Shown here piece by piece: positions 35,461-49,200 of a stretch of 64,000 nt of DNA (positions are counted from its first letter, which is position 1; each line of letters opens with the position of its first letter). This DNA is from Balanoglossus misakiensis (Eukaryota; Animalia; Hemichordata). The position numbers were made by a program, and so were the translations under genes. The stretch covers positions 17,531,028 through 17,595,027 of the forward strand of contig CM082576.2 in the NCBI GenBank assembly GCA_040954595.2, given 5' to 3'. Under the pieces are notes generated by a model. The model was given only the letters and a program-made list of their open reading frames with translations, did no database searches and was not told where the DNA came from.

Positions 35461-36045
35461 ATTGTGTTGGTAGGGTCCTGACCAACGTCGTCCCGCCAAC
35501 CTTTGACCTTATAAAGCAGAACCATGTGCGTCCTCTTCTGGTTGTTTTTTTTTACGATTAAGAAGGGGCATTTTGACCCGTCGATCGCTTTTGAACGAGG
35601 TATCTGGTATACAAGAGTTAACTGGTGATTAGCCCCAAGGCGAAACTGGCGGCGTGGTCGCCAGCAGCGTTGGGAAATTTGGCGGTCAAGAATACGCTTG
35701 GTCTTTCTTAAATCAATGGCCGCAAATGAGCCATGAGTGAATACGGTCGATCGGAGAGTATGGAACATGCCTAAAAGACACTTGATTTCTTCCGTAACCC
35801 AGTCGACTCCTTGACTCACCATTGTCAAACGATAGACTACACTGTTATGTCAACTGTCAACTAGGACCAGAGTCGGACAAAACGTATCCACACACACCAG
35901 GCTGAGACCAGGGTAAACGCCTTCCGACTGGGAAACAAAATTTTCCGGACAACGGTTGGCCAGATCCGTTCACGCCTGTTTTTCTGCTCGGCCACGTACC
36001 TGGCTAGGACAAGGACCTAGCCTTTTTGGAGCAATGTGAACGGCC
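35461..36045 (-). mobile_element. PIF/Harbinger-like remnant with Myb/SANT-like ORF start
   Basis: Terminus GGCCGTTCACA next to TAA; minus-strand peptide GVDWVTEEIKCLLG resembles the first Myb/SANT helix of Harbinger ORF1. Confidence 0.45.
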
Positions 36046-36048
36046 TAA

Positions 36049-39000
36049 TAGTGACAGAACTGATGACAATCCATTTAGTTCTCTTCATCGCCTATGTTAG
36101 TGAGGACCAGAGATCATATTTCTCACTCGAGTTGGATAACATTTATTGCACGTTAACTAAAGAACGATTTGTCATCCAATCAGCGCTCGCGTCACATACA
36201 GCTTTCGATTCAGTGAGAGTGTGTGGGATTTGTTCTCACACTGTAATCCACCACTCTCAGCACGCCAGCGTGTGAGAATATTTAATTTAACGTAGGTCAG
36301 TGATCCATTGCATATGTATAACCCGGCAGTAGGTACAGGAGTCCAAAATTCGCCCACCGTGTTAGCACGCAATTCCACATGTTTTCCCAGTAAATTAACC
36401 TTTAGAATATTTGAAAGATAAGCAACTTTACGAATCGCAGTCAACTGATTGTAGCGCGGACGCATCAGAGAATGGACCGGAACGCACACCGGAGCGATCG
36501 CCAAGCTGAGATCCCGCACCAATTCTGATTAAAATAACCTTTCTGAGTAGTGATCTATTACTGAAATTACTACATGTACTTTGATGGAACCAGGTACAGG
36601 TATTGACTTGACAGAGATCCGAATGTACTGCGAGACATTTAACAGTGTCATGTTAATAGTGTGGTATGATGTGTATTCCCGTGGGATTGTTGTGCTAAAA
36701 TTGATTTTTTTGCTGTTTTGGCTTCAATGGTGAACAACTACCCAAAAAATGATGGGGTGCCATTTTAAGGGCCCCTCCACCATATTTTTCTAGGGGGAGG
36801 GTACTTCCGTTTTGTGGTATGATGTGTATTCCCGTTGGATTTTTGTGCTAAAATTGATTTTTGTTGTTGTTTTGGCTTCAATGGTGACCCAACTACCCAA
36901 AAATCATGGGGTGCAATTTTTAGGGCCCCTCCATCAATTTTTTCGGGGGGTCTCTTCTGTTTTGGTCACTCGATGATATTTGTTCACCTATTTACTCTAT
37001 TATCATGGGAATTTGGGCTATAATTAATTTGTTTTTGTTGTTTTTGCTTTGGAGTGGACCCACCTGGCCAAAAATAATCAGGTGCAAATTATAGGACCCC
37101 TCCATCATTTTTTATTTGAGGGGGGGGGGGGCACTTCCATTTTGGCCACTCCGAAGTCGTTTGTTGGCCTATTTACTCCCTTCTCATAGAATATTTTGCT
37201 AAAAATATTATTTTTCTTTGATGTTTTGGTTTTAATGGGGCTCCACCAGAACTAAAATGACGGGGTTCAAATTATTTTTGGAACCTTCAATCATGTCTTG
37301 GGGGGGGGGGGGATGGGTAATCATTTCTGTTTTGGCCACCCTGAAGATACATGTTCACCTATTTACTATACAGTTAGTATTGTCGTGGTATTTCTTGCAA
37401 TTTGGTTTACCACATTTTGTTTGGTTGGGGGGGGGGTCTCTATATTTGTTTTCGCCAGCCCGTTGTAACAGTTGTTTTTTAATCTTAGATTTTCTTCGTT
37501 TATTCTAAATTTAGTATACCAACGTAAATTAAAACTCCTTTATATGTAATAAAGTGCATAATGTGTATTTTAGCTTATTTTCCGAGCTACAGTCCCATCT
37601 CATAAAATGGACCCTTGAGGCACCCTCCCCACCACGGAAGGTGCAATAAACAACCCAAGAAGCATAACGATTCTTTTCTGATATCTTGGTATTCTCAATC
37701 ATCATTTTCACAAAAGCTAGTTCTGTTTGATCTACTCATCGTCAATGTCGTTATCATCAAGAACATTTTCCCTTAATTGGTTTTCACAGTCTCCACCATA
37801 GCATTTGCAGAGGGGAGTACATAGTAAATCTTTCTTTGAGCAACTGCAACATCCCCTACAACCTGCTTTGCAGCCACATTTGATAAGCTCTAGTACTGCT
37901 TTTGGTGCAGGGAGAGCAAGACATTTTACTGGATAAAACACGCCATTCTCCGATTTCCACCCATTCTTTTCGATTGGTGGAAGTTCAGGACAATTTGTTG
38001 CGTATGATTTATCCCTCATTGTGATGAAGGGGTGGCACCCTTTTCACAGATCACGCAAATCTTGTTTTTATCTGACATATTAATTCTGTAGTTTATTGCA
38101 AAAAGTCCAAACAGCTATCGATCTGGAACGTAATACGCGGCTTACGGTACTAAGAAAATAGCCAATATGTATTAAGGTAATAAAACTGATTCACAGACTT
38201 GTTTTATTTTCAGTAGTATTGAGCTTCAAAATGAACCAAATTTGATATTGTTAATGTTTACCAAAAACAAGTTTTAGAAGTAAGACATAGTTCAAGGGCT
38301 TTTTACAGCACTATTACGCTATTGGCGTGAAAAGTTTGAAATACTACTTTAAAATAGACAATACTTCAACTGATATGTACTTCACAGGCTTTATTTACGA
38401 CAATATTTAACTTTGAAATAAGTTCAACTGAATATCGTTTTAATACCCCAAAAAACAAGTGTTGAACTAAAACGTACTTCAGAGTTTTTGCACAGACTGA
38501 TATCGGTGAGAATTTTAGTACAATGGTAAATATATCAGACATTGATTGTGCTATGAAAGAATAAACAACTCTTAACGAAAAAGTTCACATCTACACAGGC
38601 TTTCACTAATTGCCCCGGGAAAGAGAAAAAAAGAGTAACCCTAATATATAATACTCTTTGATATAGCCTAGTATACTTTACTTGTGTGGTGATGAGTTGG
38701 GTGGCCGTCCAAGGTGAGGGGAGGTATCTTATGCTAAGTCCAAACCAGAGAGATATTTGTGGTTGATTTGTTAGTGTCATAAATCAACTAAGTATATTTA
38801 TAAAACTAAGATAGCGCTTTAGTATATGCGACAACTGATACAAATGTAGGTAACTGATATGTTTACTCCATAAACCGACTAATATTTGAGATTCCCAAAA
38901 TGTGGAGAGGCCCTAAAATTTGACCTCCCTCATTTTTGAGTAGTTAGGTCCCCATAGAAGTTAAAAAATAGAAATTGGAAGAAATCCTTTGCAAATACAC

Positions 39001-40317
39001 ATGTCACTCTATGAAGGTTAGATCAATGAACAAATATCTCCAGAGCTGCTAAAACTAAAGTGACCCCCCTGCAAGAAAATGTGATGGAGGGGTCCAACAA
39101 ATTGATTTCCATCATTTTGAGGATGTTTATTCATCATTGAAACCAAAACAGCAAACAAAACAAATAACTAACAGCAAAAATTCCTACGAGAATACACGAA
39201 ATAGGTGAACAAATACCGTTAAGACTGTTGAAATAGAAGTGCCCCCCCCCCCCACAAATGTAATTGAGGGGTCCTAAAATTTGCATGTGATCTTCTGTGA
39301 CCAGGTGGATCCCCATTTAAGTCAAAATAGCGAAGAAAAATTCTTTAGCAGAAAATTCTACGAAAATGGAGTAGATAGGTGAATAAATATCTTCGGGGAG
39401 GCTAAAACGGGAGTGACCCCCCCCCCCCGAAAAAATATAATGGAGGGGCCCTGAAGCCAAACAGCAAAAAAATAAATTTTAGCACAAAAATCCTACGGGA
39501 ATACACACATACCACAAAACGGAAGTACCCCCAGAAAAATATAATGGAGGGGCCCTTAAAATTGCACCCCATCATTTTCGGGTAGTTGGGTCCCCATAGA
39601 AGCCAAAACAGCAAAAAAATCAATTTTAGCACACAAATCCTACGGGAGCTGTTTTTCTTGACATACCATACCGCACTATTAATGATTAGGTGCTGCAGAC
39701 CAAAATATTTAACAAATTAGTACAATTATTGCAGCTTTGAATCGGGCGTTATTGAACAAGTATTATGAAACGTACTAAAGAAAAAGATTCCATGAGGATA
39801 GTATTTTGATCGATAATCGAGATCAATTGCATCAATAATAATTAAGTGCTTAAATTGACACATTCTCAGTCTTTATCAAAGTCTACACACGTGAGCATAT
39901 TCAGTTGATACCTAGTTAATTGTTGTCTACAGGGGTATTTTAATTGATTTTCATAAAAGTGATATAACATGTATATAATGTAACATTCCCAAGACAAATT
40001 AGTTTGATTTCACATGCGTAATCACCACTTGAAATTGCGCTAGGTACCTAATAGGAAGAGATGTATTAACCTGCTTGGTTATTGTACTCACTGGACGTGT
40101 ATACAAAAGCCTATACACCATGCAAATGACGTAGGTTTCCCAGGGTCACCTAGTTTTAACTCCTGCAGTGTTATACAGTCTGCGGAGACGCCATTAAAGC
40201 AGAACCTGCCCACCGTAGCTCTGACTTCTTCACGGACTGCCTCAAAACTGCTACCACCTACTTGACTAACATAGGCGATGGAGATTACTAAATGGATTGT
40301 CATCAGTTCTGTCACTA
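36049..40317 (-). mobile_element. Academ-like non-autonomous DNA transposon (TAG...CTA, ~53-bp TIR) with long internal inverted repeat arrays
   Basis: tagtgacagaactgatgacaatccatttag...atcgcctatgttagt at 36049 is inverted at 40265-40317; inner inverted blocks ~36650-37440 / ~38900-39685; Cys-rich ORF remnant; no TSD found. Confidence 0.65.
37732..38019 (-). pseudogene. C-terminal Cys-rich (CXC/Cys8) zinc-finger remnant of an Academ-type transposase
   Basis: P..NGW...PAPKAVLELIKCGCKAGCRGCCSCSKKDLLCTPLCKC...CEN plus acidic tail; no upstream catalytic ORF. Confidence 0.7.
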
Positions 40318-43029
40318 TGTGTTTTGCCGTGGGTAAGTGTTAAGTCACTATTTGTACATGTTTGTACACAGGAAGCCCATCGTCGCAGAATTGCACCTAT
40401 CTGTAATTATGGCACACTTTCGACAATGTTGAACAAGTCCTTGCTCCGAATAAAAAAAAACAGCTCTTGGCCCTTCCAATAATCCCAACGCTCAAGCTTC
40501 AATAATGAAAGAAAGGCTAACCAAACTATTGCAAATAGTCGATTTTTACGGCTTTCGGCCTAAGGATATTTCAAATCGAGGCTTTATGAGAAACGAACAA
40601 GACTTCTAACTGGGGTTTACAATTGAACATGATAATGGTTCCCCGCTACACATTAAGAAAATTATTATAACATCTTGTGTTATATTTTAGCAGTAAATTT
40701 GCCTGTTTATACGGAGTTTGTTGGCATTTTTGTATATTTATGTGCATGAAAGGATTAAATCTATAGAAGTAATGTACAATGAGTCGATGGAAAGTCTAAG
40801 AAATCTCTAGCGTTTAATTAAATCAAATCCTTCGAGCGTTATCTGCGTCCGCAGATTACATAAGGAACGTCAACATTCAAGTAAAATGGGAACGTAGACC
40901 AACATCTGTCTTGTGTGCGCCAACATTACGTATTTGTTGGCTCAAGACAGCTGAAAAAAACCCTGTTACTAATGCATTAACATGGGTAAATGCGAGAGAC
41001 ATATCATTCATTATTTAGGCTTTTAAAAGACGGGGCAGAGGGCACAGCCAGGTTTCTTTGAGATATCGGCAGGACGAGTCGGGCTCATTGTGTACGTTGC
41101 CGCACTGCTTTACAGTTGGATTCAATCAAACAAAAGGACGTATTGTTGGAATTTGTGGACGTGAATGGGGTGACACCGCTGACACTGTTTGCTAACGCAC
41201 CTACACGAGACTACAATTGCATCGACCCCGTGTCTACGAAAATGTGCAGCGCCTTCGCCAAAAGTCGTTAAGAAGCCGTTCTTGATGTAGCCATATTGAC
41301 GGTGGTCTGTAAAGTAGATGCCGTATTTTAAATGGCTCTTCCATTAAAAGACCAACCAGCTGAATAAAGGATAACGCGACCACTGACCAGTTGACCCGTC
41401 TCAATTAAATATCGGAACACAACTTGTGTGTTCGCTGCTGTATGCTGTTGCTTCGTAGAACTGACGCTGGTCCAACAGTATACTAGAGTTCACTGTAGGT
41501 CATCCCGGGCAGCGCGCGGTCAAGCCGGATCATGCAGCATTCTCGTACTCTAAGCAATCGTCATATATTAGAATCTGACGGTGACATTAAGCTCAAGAAA
41601 TCGACATGTCATCTGATTATTTTGACAGCTAAAAGATTTTTTTTGTAAACATATTGAAATCTTACCACCCATATTCTAAATATTATAGGTCAAATTTATT
41701 TACTTGGTCAGTTTCAAAGACAATATCGCAAAAAATATGCATGGCTTGCTCACATGAAGAAAATTAAAAAGGGTAGCGAAGATAAAGTAAATCACGTAAC
41801 AAATATGTACACGTAACAATCATTACGGGAGTATACACTGTCACAAATGCATAGATAAAATACTAAGCCTTACTTGAATGTACGCGGACCATTCCCAGCA
41901 CCCTCAATAAATAACCGTACAAACATGACGTTAATCCGAATCACTTGCCCGACCGCGCGTGGTTTCCGATGCAGAATAAGAAATTCACTCTTCGAAATAA
42001 AAATATGTCGGGTAATTATTGAGCTCAGAATCCCCTCAAAGTATTTGTTCTCTGAAAGCTCAGATATAGGGGAAATTTTAGTTACTTCAGTGTGACCACT
42101 GTGTACATAACTATCACGTGACAGGCAGTTCAAATAACCTTCCAAGTTAACGCTCTCCCGGTCAAATATTCGTGACGCAAGCTGTCGTAACTATCATAAA
42201 AAAGTGTGTCTCGGATTAAAAAAAAAAAAATTAACGATTTTATACCTGAAAAACATTTGAGGCAGTAAAAATCATTCTACTGATCCGGAAATTTTTGCAT
42301 CATAACAATCGACCTATGGGATGGGGTATAAAAAGCCCGATTTTTGGCGTTACACTGGAAAACATGTTGCCAGCGTGCGCTTGTACTAAATGTAAATATA
42401 GGGCTGTCATCTCGCATGGTACATGTGGCAAGACGCATCTGACATTCAATTTGCTGCCATATTTGCTAGGAGTTCCCTATAGTGGGCGCTATAATCAAAA
42501 TTTTCATAACATTTTTTGTGCATTTTGTGATAAAGGCACGGAATACAGTATCATAGAAGATAAATAAATTCAAATAACCCTCAAAGGTAGATGCCCGTTG
42601 TGGTTTGGCGGCCATTTTTAAATATGGAGGTCTCCCGTCAATGGAAATTCTCTTTGTTGATTCTATGTTCATTGGTAGATATGTTTTTTTAAAGTTATAC
42701 GGTCACCTATGGAAAATAAGCTATAGTTACTATGGCAAATTGAGATCTAGCCAATCACTAGATTTTCAGTGGGTGGCACACGCGAAAAAGAGAGCGTCAC
42801 CATATGTTCTTTAGAACGCTCATATACACCATTTCAGCCATATATGGGCGTATGTAAATCGGAGGTGACTGTAAACCTTTAAATACATGCCTAGACGATT
42901 AATATTTTAACATTTTGTCTTGAAGCTATATTATTATTCTTGCATATACTTTGAAGTAATATGTGCATTGTACTAGAAAATCTTAACGTGTAATGGAATT
43001 CCTAGCACTTTTTATGCCGTCGCATAAAA

Positions 43030-43263
43030 ATGAGTCCCTTCTCATGTCTATATAATCCCAGTTGCTGGTGGTTACTGTGCTGTATTTATCTTACAGTGGC
43101 TAGTGACATGACTTTAGAAGAAACACAGAGCAAACTATACACTACACTGTTTCGCGACTATCACCACATGGTATCACCTGTCAGGCCACATCCTGAGAAT
43201 ACCCACGAAATTTTGCCCGTGATGGTAGATTTGCGTCTGGTAATTCAAAAGATACTTGATGTG
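43030..43263 (+). CDS. nAChR exon 1
   Basis: MSPF...signal peptide...QKILDV |gtaaga. Confidence 0.85.
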
Positions 43264-46200
43264 GTAAGATATTACACACATATAATATGTATGTACGATG
43301 TTTGTACAATGTTTGTCTGTCTGTTAACAGTAAAATGACAAATGTTACTCATACGCTAGGCATCAGTGTCTAGATTCTGTAGATAAAATAGTGGAATCTT
43401 ATTTATCAGTGGTAATGATATATTATTAATATGCTTATCACACAGAACACCCACATTGGCCAAGTAACCGCCAGGATTTGGCTGAGTCAGGTGAGTGTAG
43501 AGACAGTTCACAGTGTGCTGACCATGTTAGTTTCACGAAATAATCATGACGTTAGATGAAGTCTGAATTTAGGTAGTGGTGCAGGTTAGAAGTACATGTA
43601 GAATTTTGCCAAATTTCACGTTTTAAAGAAATTTATCGTGGCATTGTGTCATATACGGATCAACAGTATGGATAATACAGTTTCGTGACAACGGAGTCTG
43701 ATCGGCCCCAAATGGTGTTTTTTTTAAATAAAAATGCTGACAGGTATACGCGGCACTCTTATTGTTTTTGTTTGTTTACGGGCTATGCGTTTTTTTCTTT
43801 AGTCATGATTGACATGGATTATGCATAAATGTTACAAAAATGTAAAGGTCAAATAAAGATAATCTAGGCTTTTGATATATAATAGCAGTATTCTCACTAC
43901 TAACATTATTTAGACGTACGGTATAAACCTGTCTATTAATGAGGAACGCGCGCAAGTCAGTAAGCGCGATGTCGGAAAAAGCAACCCTGTAAAACGTGCT
44001 CAGCGATATATGTCCAAACAAAACTTCAGGTGTTCTGTAAAGACAGTCTAATTATGCACTGACAATTGCTGGCATTCCAACACATGTTTCAGTTTCTTAT
44101 AAAATATTCCAATAGTAAAGTCGCACTAAACCTTTAAACATTCACCTTTCAGAAAATGGACTGCTTTGGGTCAAGTACATATGTCAATACTGGACAAATG
44201 AATGACTTCTTAGAAAGGACTAGGAGCGTTAAACTCAGTCGTGACACATCTCATGATTGGCTGAAACGGGCGGAATAATTAAAATGACTTCAGTTGCATG
44301 AGCACCGCGGCACCCACACACGACTACATCTTTCAATTGAAATATTTTGATTCATTTCCAAAAATTTGAGTGGTCCCCCTTCTGCGTATCCACATTTTTT
44401 GCCCCCCCCCCCTCCCTCTTCCAGCTTTCCATTTTTTGAGAGACCCCGACCCCCAGGCCGTAAATAACGATGGCTCCCTAAATAGCAAAACTAAATTATG
44501 GTACAGTGTTTTTGTTTTCTACATGTATTGTAGTATTTAATGTATTGTAGTGGGATGGGGTGGGTCCTACCAATGTCCTCTGTAATCGAATTATGTCAAA
44601 CCGACAGCCATTTGGCCCCTATCAATATCAATAAATTTTGTCATACCCAACACAATTTTCTGTACTATCGATATGAAAAAAGTGTTAAGGCCAGTGAGAA
44701 ATAAAATCTTGTTCATCGGAATTTTTGGACCTAGTTCCAGAAGCGGCGAGCGAAAATTTTTATTTTTATTTTTTTAGGCTGAAGGTAAATGCGGTTCACT
44801 GGCACATTTGCACAGATGCAGACAAGGCGAGACAATTGTTTCCCTTTTTATCAAGAAATATCTCAGACAAAGACACTGATACATGTACTTGTAACTGAAT
44901 TGAATATTATATTTCCCAACAAAAACATAGGCCATTACATTTACATTTACAGTTGGTGTTTGCACAACATATTCTGGCCACCAGCAGCAGTACTAAGAAT
45001 TTTGTAACGCGGAAGTAGAACTTGCCATGATCCAAAAAAAAAAAAATTCCAAATCAGCCAAAGTAGAGGCGGATGAACAATTTATTTTTTCTTCCTGGCC
45101 TTATGGCACAATGTATTTATTTTCTACATAAATACGCATACGTAATTTAAATTTGATGGGGTGGGTCCTACCAATGTCCTCTGTAACCGAATTATGTCGA
45201 ACCGTCAGCCATTTGGCCCCTATCAATATCAATAAAGTATGTCTGTACTATCGATATGAAACAAATGCTGCACATTTTACCAATGGGTTCAAATTGTTGT
45301 TGGGGGTATCACAACTATATGTCACTTTCTTTAGTTGCTTCATATAATTTTATGTATTCCAATGACAGAAATCTAGCTTAATTACTTCTTTCATTTACTA
45401 CCAATCATTAAATCTTTCGTCATTACAGTCTTGGACAGATCATCGCCTTGTCTGGAATAGTAGTAACGGTATAAGTATGCTGCATACAGCACCCGAATTG
45501 CTTTGGAGACCAGATATAGCTCTGTACAATGGGTGAGTAATTGAGTGTCCATGCTGCTAAACATGTCATTCCGTAAAGCTTTAGCAAAATAGAGTTTCAA
45601 GTGGTGGTGAGACATTTAGGGTGGGATTGACCGGAAGATCCTAAATGACAAACTTGTCATTGTTTTGGTAGTACACGTGCAAGATGTCAGTCTATTTAAA
45701 ACCGAAGCACGACGCGAAATACATCCGCATATGCTAATCACCTAATGAATATTCATGAGAACCCTATATAAGGGTTTGACCAGGCGAGAACGGTGTAATA
45801 CCCTTCAACCGCGGAGTCGGACAAGTCAGCGAATCTCATCCACGAGGGACACTCAGGTAACTGGTCAAAATGAGGTACGCTGCTTTCTCGGTGTTCCCAC
45901 GCTTTGCACGCATTTTGGTGTTTGGAGTACAGGTGTTATCCAGCAAATTCCGCCCCTTGACATCTCCATTAATTTCGTTAATTAGTTTATGTGGACGCCC
46001 TGTGCTTTCCTTCGAGTTATTTCATTTCTTTTATCATTGTTACCAAGATGTTACCTTCTTTTGTACGGTACCATGTAATTGGTGGATGAGCCAGTATCGT
46101 GAGTTGTCTTTCCGATGTAGATGTGTGGATACGAGCGCGTAGGCTCTTATTCAATGTTTTCACAGGTGTAAGCGTGAAGCAAGCGAGTAGGCTTGCAAAT

Positions 46201-49200
46201 ATTTTCGACCGTTTTTGGGGAGCAAGGTGGCTCGTCCAAATAATTGAAGCAAGCGAGTAGGCTTGCAAATATTTTCGACCGTTTTTTGGGAGCAAGGTGG
46301 CTCGTCCAAATAATTGAAGCAAGCGAGCAGGCTTGTAAATTTTTTCAACCGTCTTTGGGAGCAAGGTGGCTCGTCCAAATAATTGAAGCAGGCAAGCAGG
46401 CTTGTAAATTTTTTCAACCGTCTTTGGGAGCAAGGTGGCTCGACCAAATAATTGAAGCAGGCGAGCAGGCTTGTAAATTTTTTCAACCGTCTTTGGGAGC
46501 AAGGTGGCTCGTCCAAATAATTGAAGCAGGCGAGCAGGCTTGTAAATTTTTTCAACCGTTTTGGGAGCAAGGTGGCTCGTCCAAACAATTGAAGCAAGCG
46601 AGCAGGCTTGTAAATTTTTTCAACCGTCTTTGGGAGCAAGGTGGCTCGTCCAAATAATTGAAGCAAGCGAGCAGGCTTGTAAATTTATTCAACCGTCTTT
46701 GGGAGCAAGGTGGCTCGTCCAAATAATTGAAGCAGGCGAGCAGGCTTGTAAATTTTTTCAACCGTCTTTGGGAGCAAGGTGGCTCGTCCAAATAATTGAA
46801 GCAGGCGAGCAGGCTTGTAAATTTTTTCAACCGTCTTTGAGAGCAAGGTGGCTCGTCCAAATAATTGAAGCAAGCGAGCAGGCTTGTAAATTTTTTCAAC
46901 CGTCTTTGGGAGCAAGGTGGCTCGTCCAAATAATTGAAGCAAGCGAGCAGGCTTGTAATTTTTTTCAACCGTCTTTGGGAGCAAGGTGGCTCGTCCAAAT
47001 AATTGAAGCAAGCGAGCAGGCTTGTAAATTTTTTCAACCGGTTTTGGGGAGCAAGGTGGCTCGTCCAAATAATTGAAGCAAGCGAGCAGGCTTGTAATTT
47101 TTTTTCAACCGTCTTTGGGAGCAAGGTGGCTCGTCCAAATAATTGAAGCAAGCGAGCGGGTTTGTAAATTTTTTCAACCGTCTTTGGGAGCAAGGTGGCT
47201 CGTCCAAATAATTGAAGCAGGCGAGCAGGCTTGTAAATTTTTTCAACCGTCTTTGGGAGCAAGGTGGCTCGTCCAAATAATTGAAGCAAGCGAGCAGGCT
47301 TGTAAATTTTTTCAACCGTCTTTAAGAGCAAGGTGGCTCGTCCAAATAATTGAAGCAAGCGAGCAGGCTTGTAAATTTTTTCAACCGTCTTTGGGAGCAA
47401 GGTGGCTCGTCCAAGTAATTGAAGCAAGCGAGCAGGCTTGTAATTTTTTTCAACCGTCTTTGGGAGCAAGGTGGCTCGTCCAAATAATTGAAGCAAGCGA
47501 GCAGGCTTGTAAATTTTTTCAACCGTTTTTGGGGAGCAAGGTGGCTCGTCCAAATAATTGAAGCAAGCGAGCAGGCTTGTATTTTTTTTTCAACCGTCTT
47601 TGGCAGCAAGGTGGCTCGTCCAAATAATTGAAGCAAGCGAGCAGGCTTGTAATTTTTTTCAACCGTCTTTGGGAGCAAGGTGGCTCGTCCAAATAATTGA
47701 AGCAAGCGAGCAGGCTTGTAAATTTTTTCAACCGTTTTTGGGGAGCAAGGTGGCTCGTCCAAATAATTGAAGCAAGCGAGCAGGCTTGTAATTTTTTTTC
47801 AACCGTCTTTGGGAGCAAGGTGGCTCGTCCAAATAATTGAAGCAAGCGAGCGGGCTTGTAATTTTTTTCAACCGTCTTTGGGAGCAAGGTGGCTCGTCCA
47901 AATAATTGAAGCAGGCGAGCAGGCTTGTAAATTTTTTCAACCGTCTTTGGGAGCAAGGTGGCTCGTCCAAATAATTGAAGCAGGCGAGCAGGCTTGTAAA
48001 TTTTTTCAACCGTCTTTAAGAGCAAGGTGGCTCGTCCAAATAATTGAAGCAAGCGAGCAGGCTTGTAAATTTTTTCAACCGTCTTTGGGAGCAAGGTGGC
48101 TCGTCCAAATAATTGAAGCAAGCGAGCAGGCTTGTAATTTTTTTCAACCGTCTTTGGGAGCAAGGTGGCTCGTCCAAATAATTGAAGCAAGCGAGCAGGC
48201 TTGTAAATTTTTTCAACCGTTTTTGGGGAGCAAGGTGGCTCGTCCAAATAATTGAAGCAAGCGAGCAGGCTTGTAAATTTTTTCAACCGTTTTGGGAGCA
48301 AGGTGGCTCGTCCAAACAATTGAAGCAGGCGAGCAGGCTTGTAAATTTTTTCAACCGTCTTTGGGAGCAAGGTGGCTCGTCCAAACAATTTAAGCAAGCG
48401 AGCAGGCTTGTAATTTTTTTCAACCGTCTTTGGGAGCAAGGTGGCTCGTCCAAATAATTGAAGCAAGCGAGCAGGCTTGTAAATTTTTTCAACCGTTTTT
48501 GGGGAGCAAGGTGGCTCGTCCAAATAATTGAAGCAAGCGAGCAGGCTTGTAATTTTTTTTCAACCGTCTTTGGGAGCAAGGTGGCTCGTCCAAATAATTG
48601 AAGCAAGCGAGCAGGCTTGTAAATTTTTTCAACCGTCTTTGGGAGCAAGGTGGCTCGTCCAAATAATTGAAGCAGGCGAGCAGGCTTGTAAATTTTTTCA
48701 ACCGTCTTTGGGAGCAAGGTGGCTCGTCCAAATAATTGAAGCAGGCGAGCAGGCTTGTAAATTTTTTCAACCGTCTTTGGGAGCAAGGTGGCTCGACCAA
48801 ATAATTGAAGCAGGCGAGCAGGCTTGTAAATTTTTTCAACCGTCTTTGGGAGCAAGGTGGCTCGTCCAAATAATTGAAGCAGGCGAGCAGGCTTGTAAAT
48901 TTTTTCAACCGTCTTTGGGAGCAAGGTGGCTCGTCCAAATAATTGAAGCAAGCGAGCAGGCTTGTAAATTTTTTCAACCGTCTTTGGGAGCAAGGTGGCT
49001 CGTCCAAATAATTGAAGCAGGCGAGCAGGCTTGTAAATTTTTTCAACCGTCTTTGGGAGCAAGGTGGCTCGTCCAAATAATTGAAGCAGGCGAGCAGGCT
49101 TGTAAATTTTTTCAACCGTCTTTGGGAGCAAGGTGGCTCGACCAAATAATTGAAGCAGGCGAGCAGGCTTGTAAATTTTTTCAACCGTCTTTGGGAGCAA

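Noticed and set aside
36047-40319. P-element assignment (right end reads CATAG on the minus strand)
   Set aside because: Left end is AATAG, there is no 8-bp TSD, and the internal Cys-rich remnant fits Academ better
40400-43000. Short ORFs and possible MITE ends upstream of the nAChR gene
   Set aside because: No matching TIR pair or protein motif that I could support
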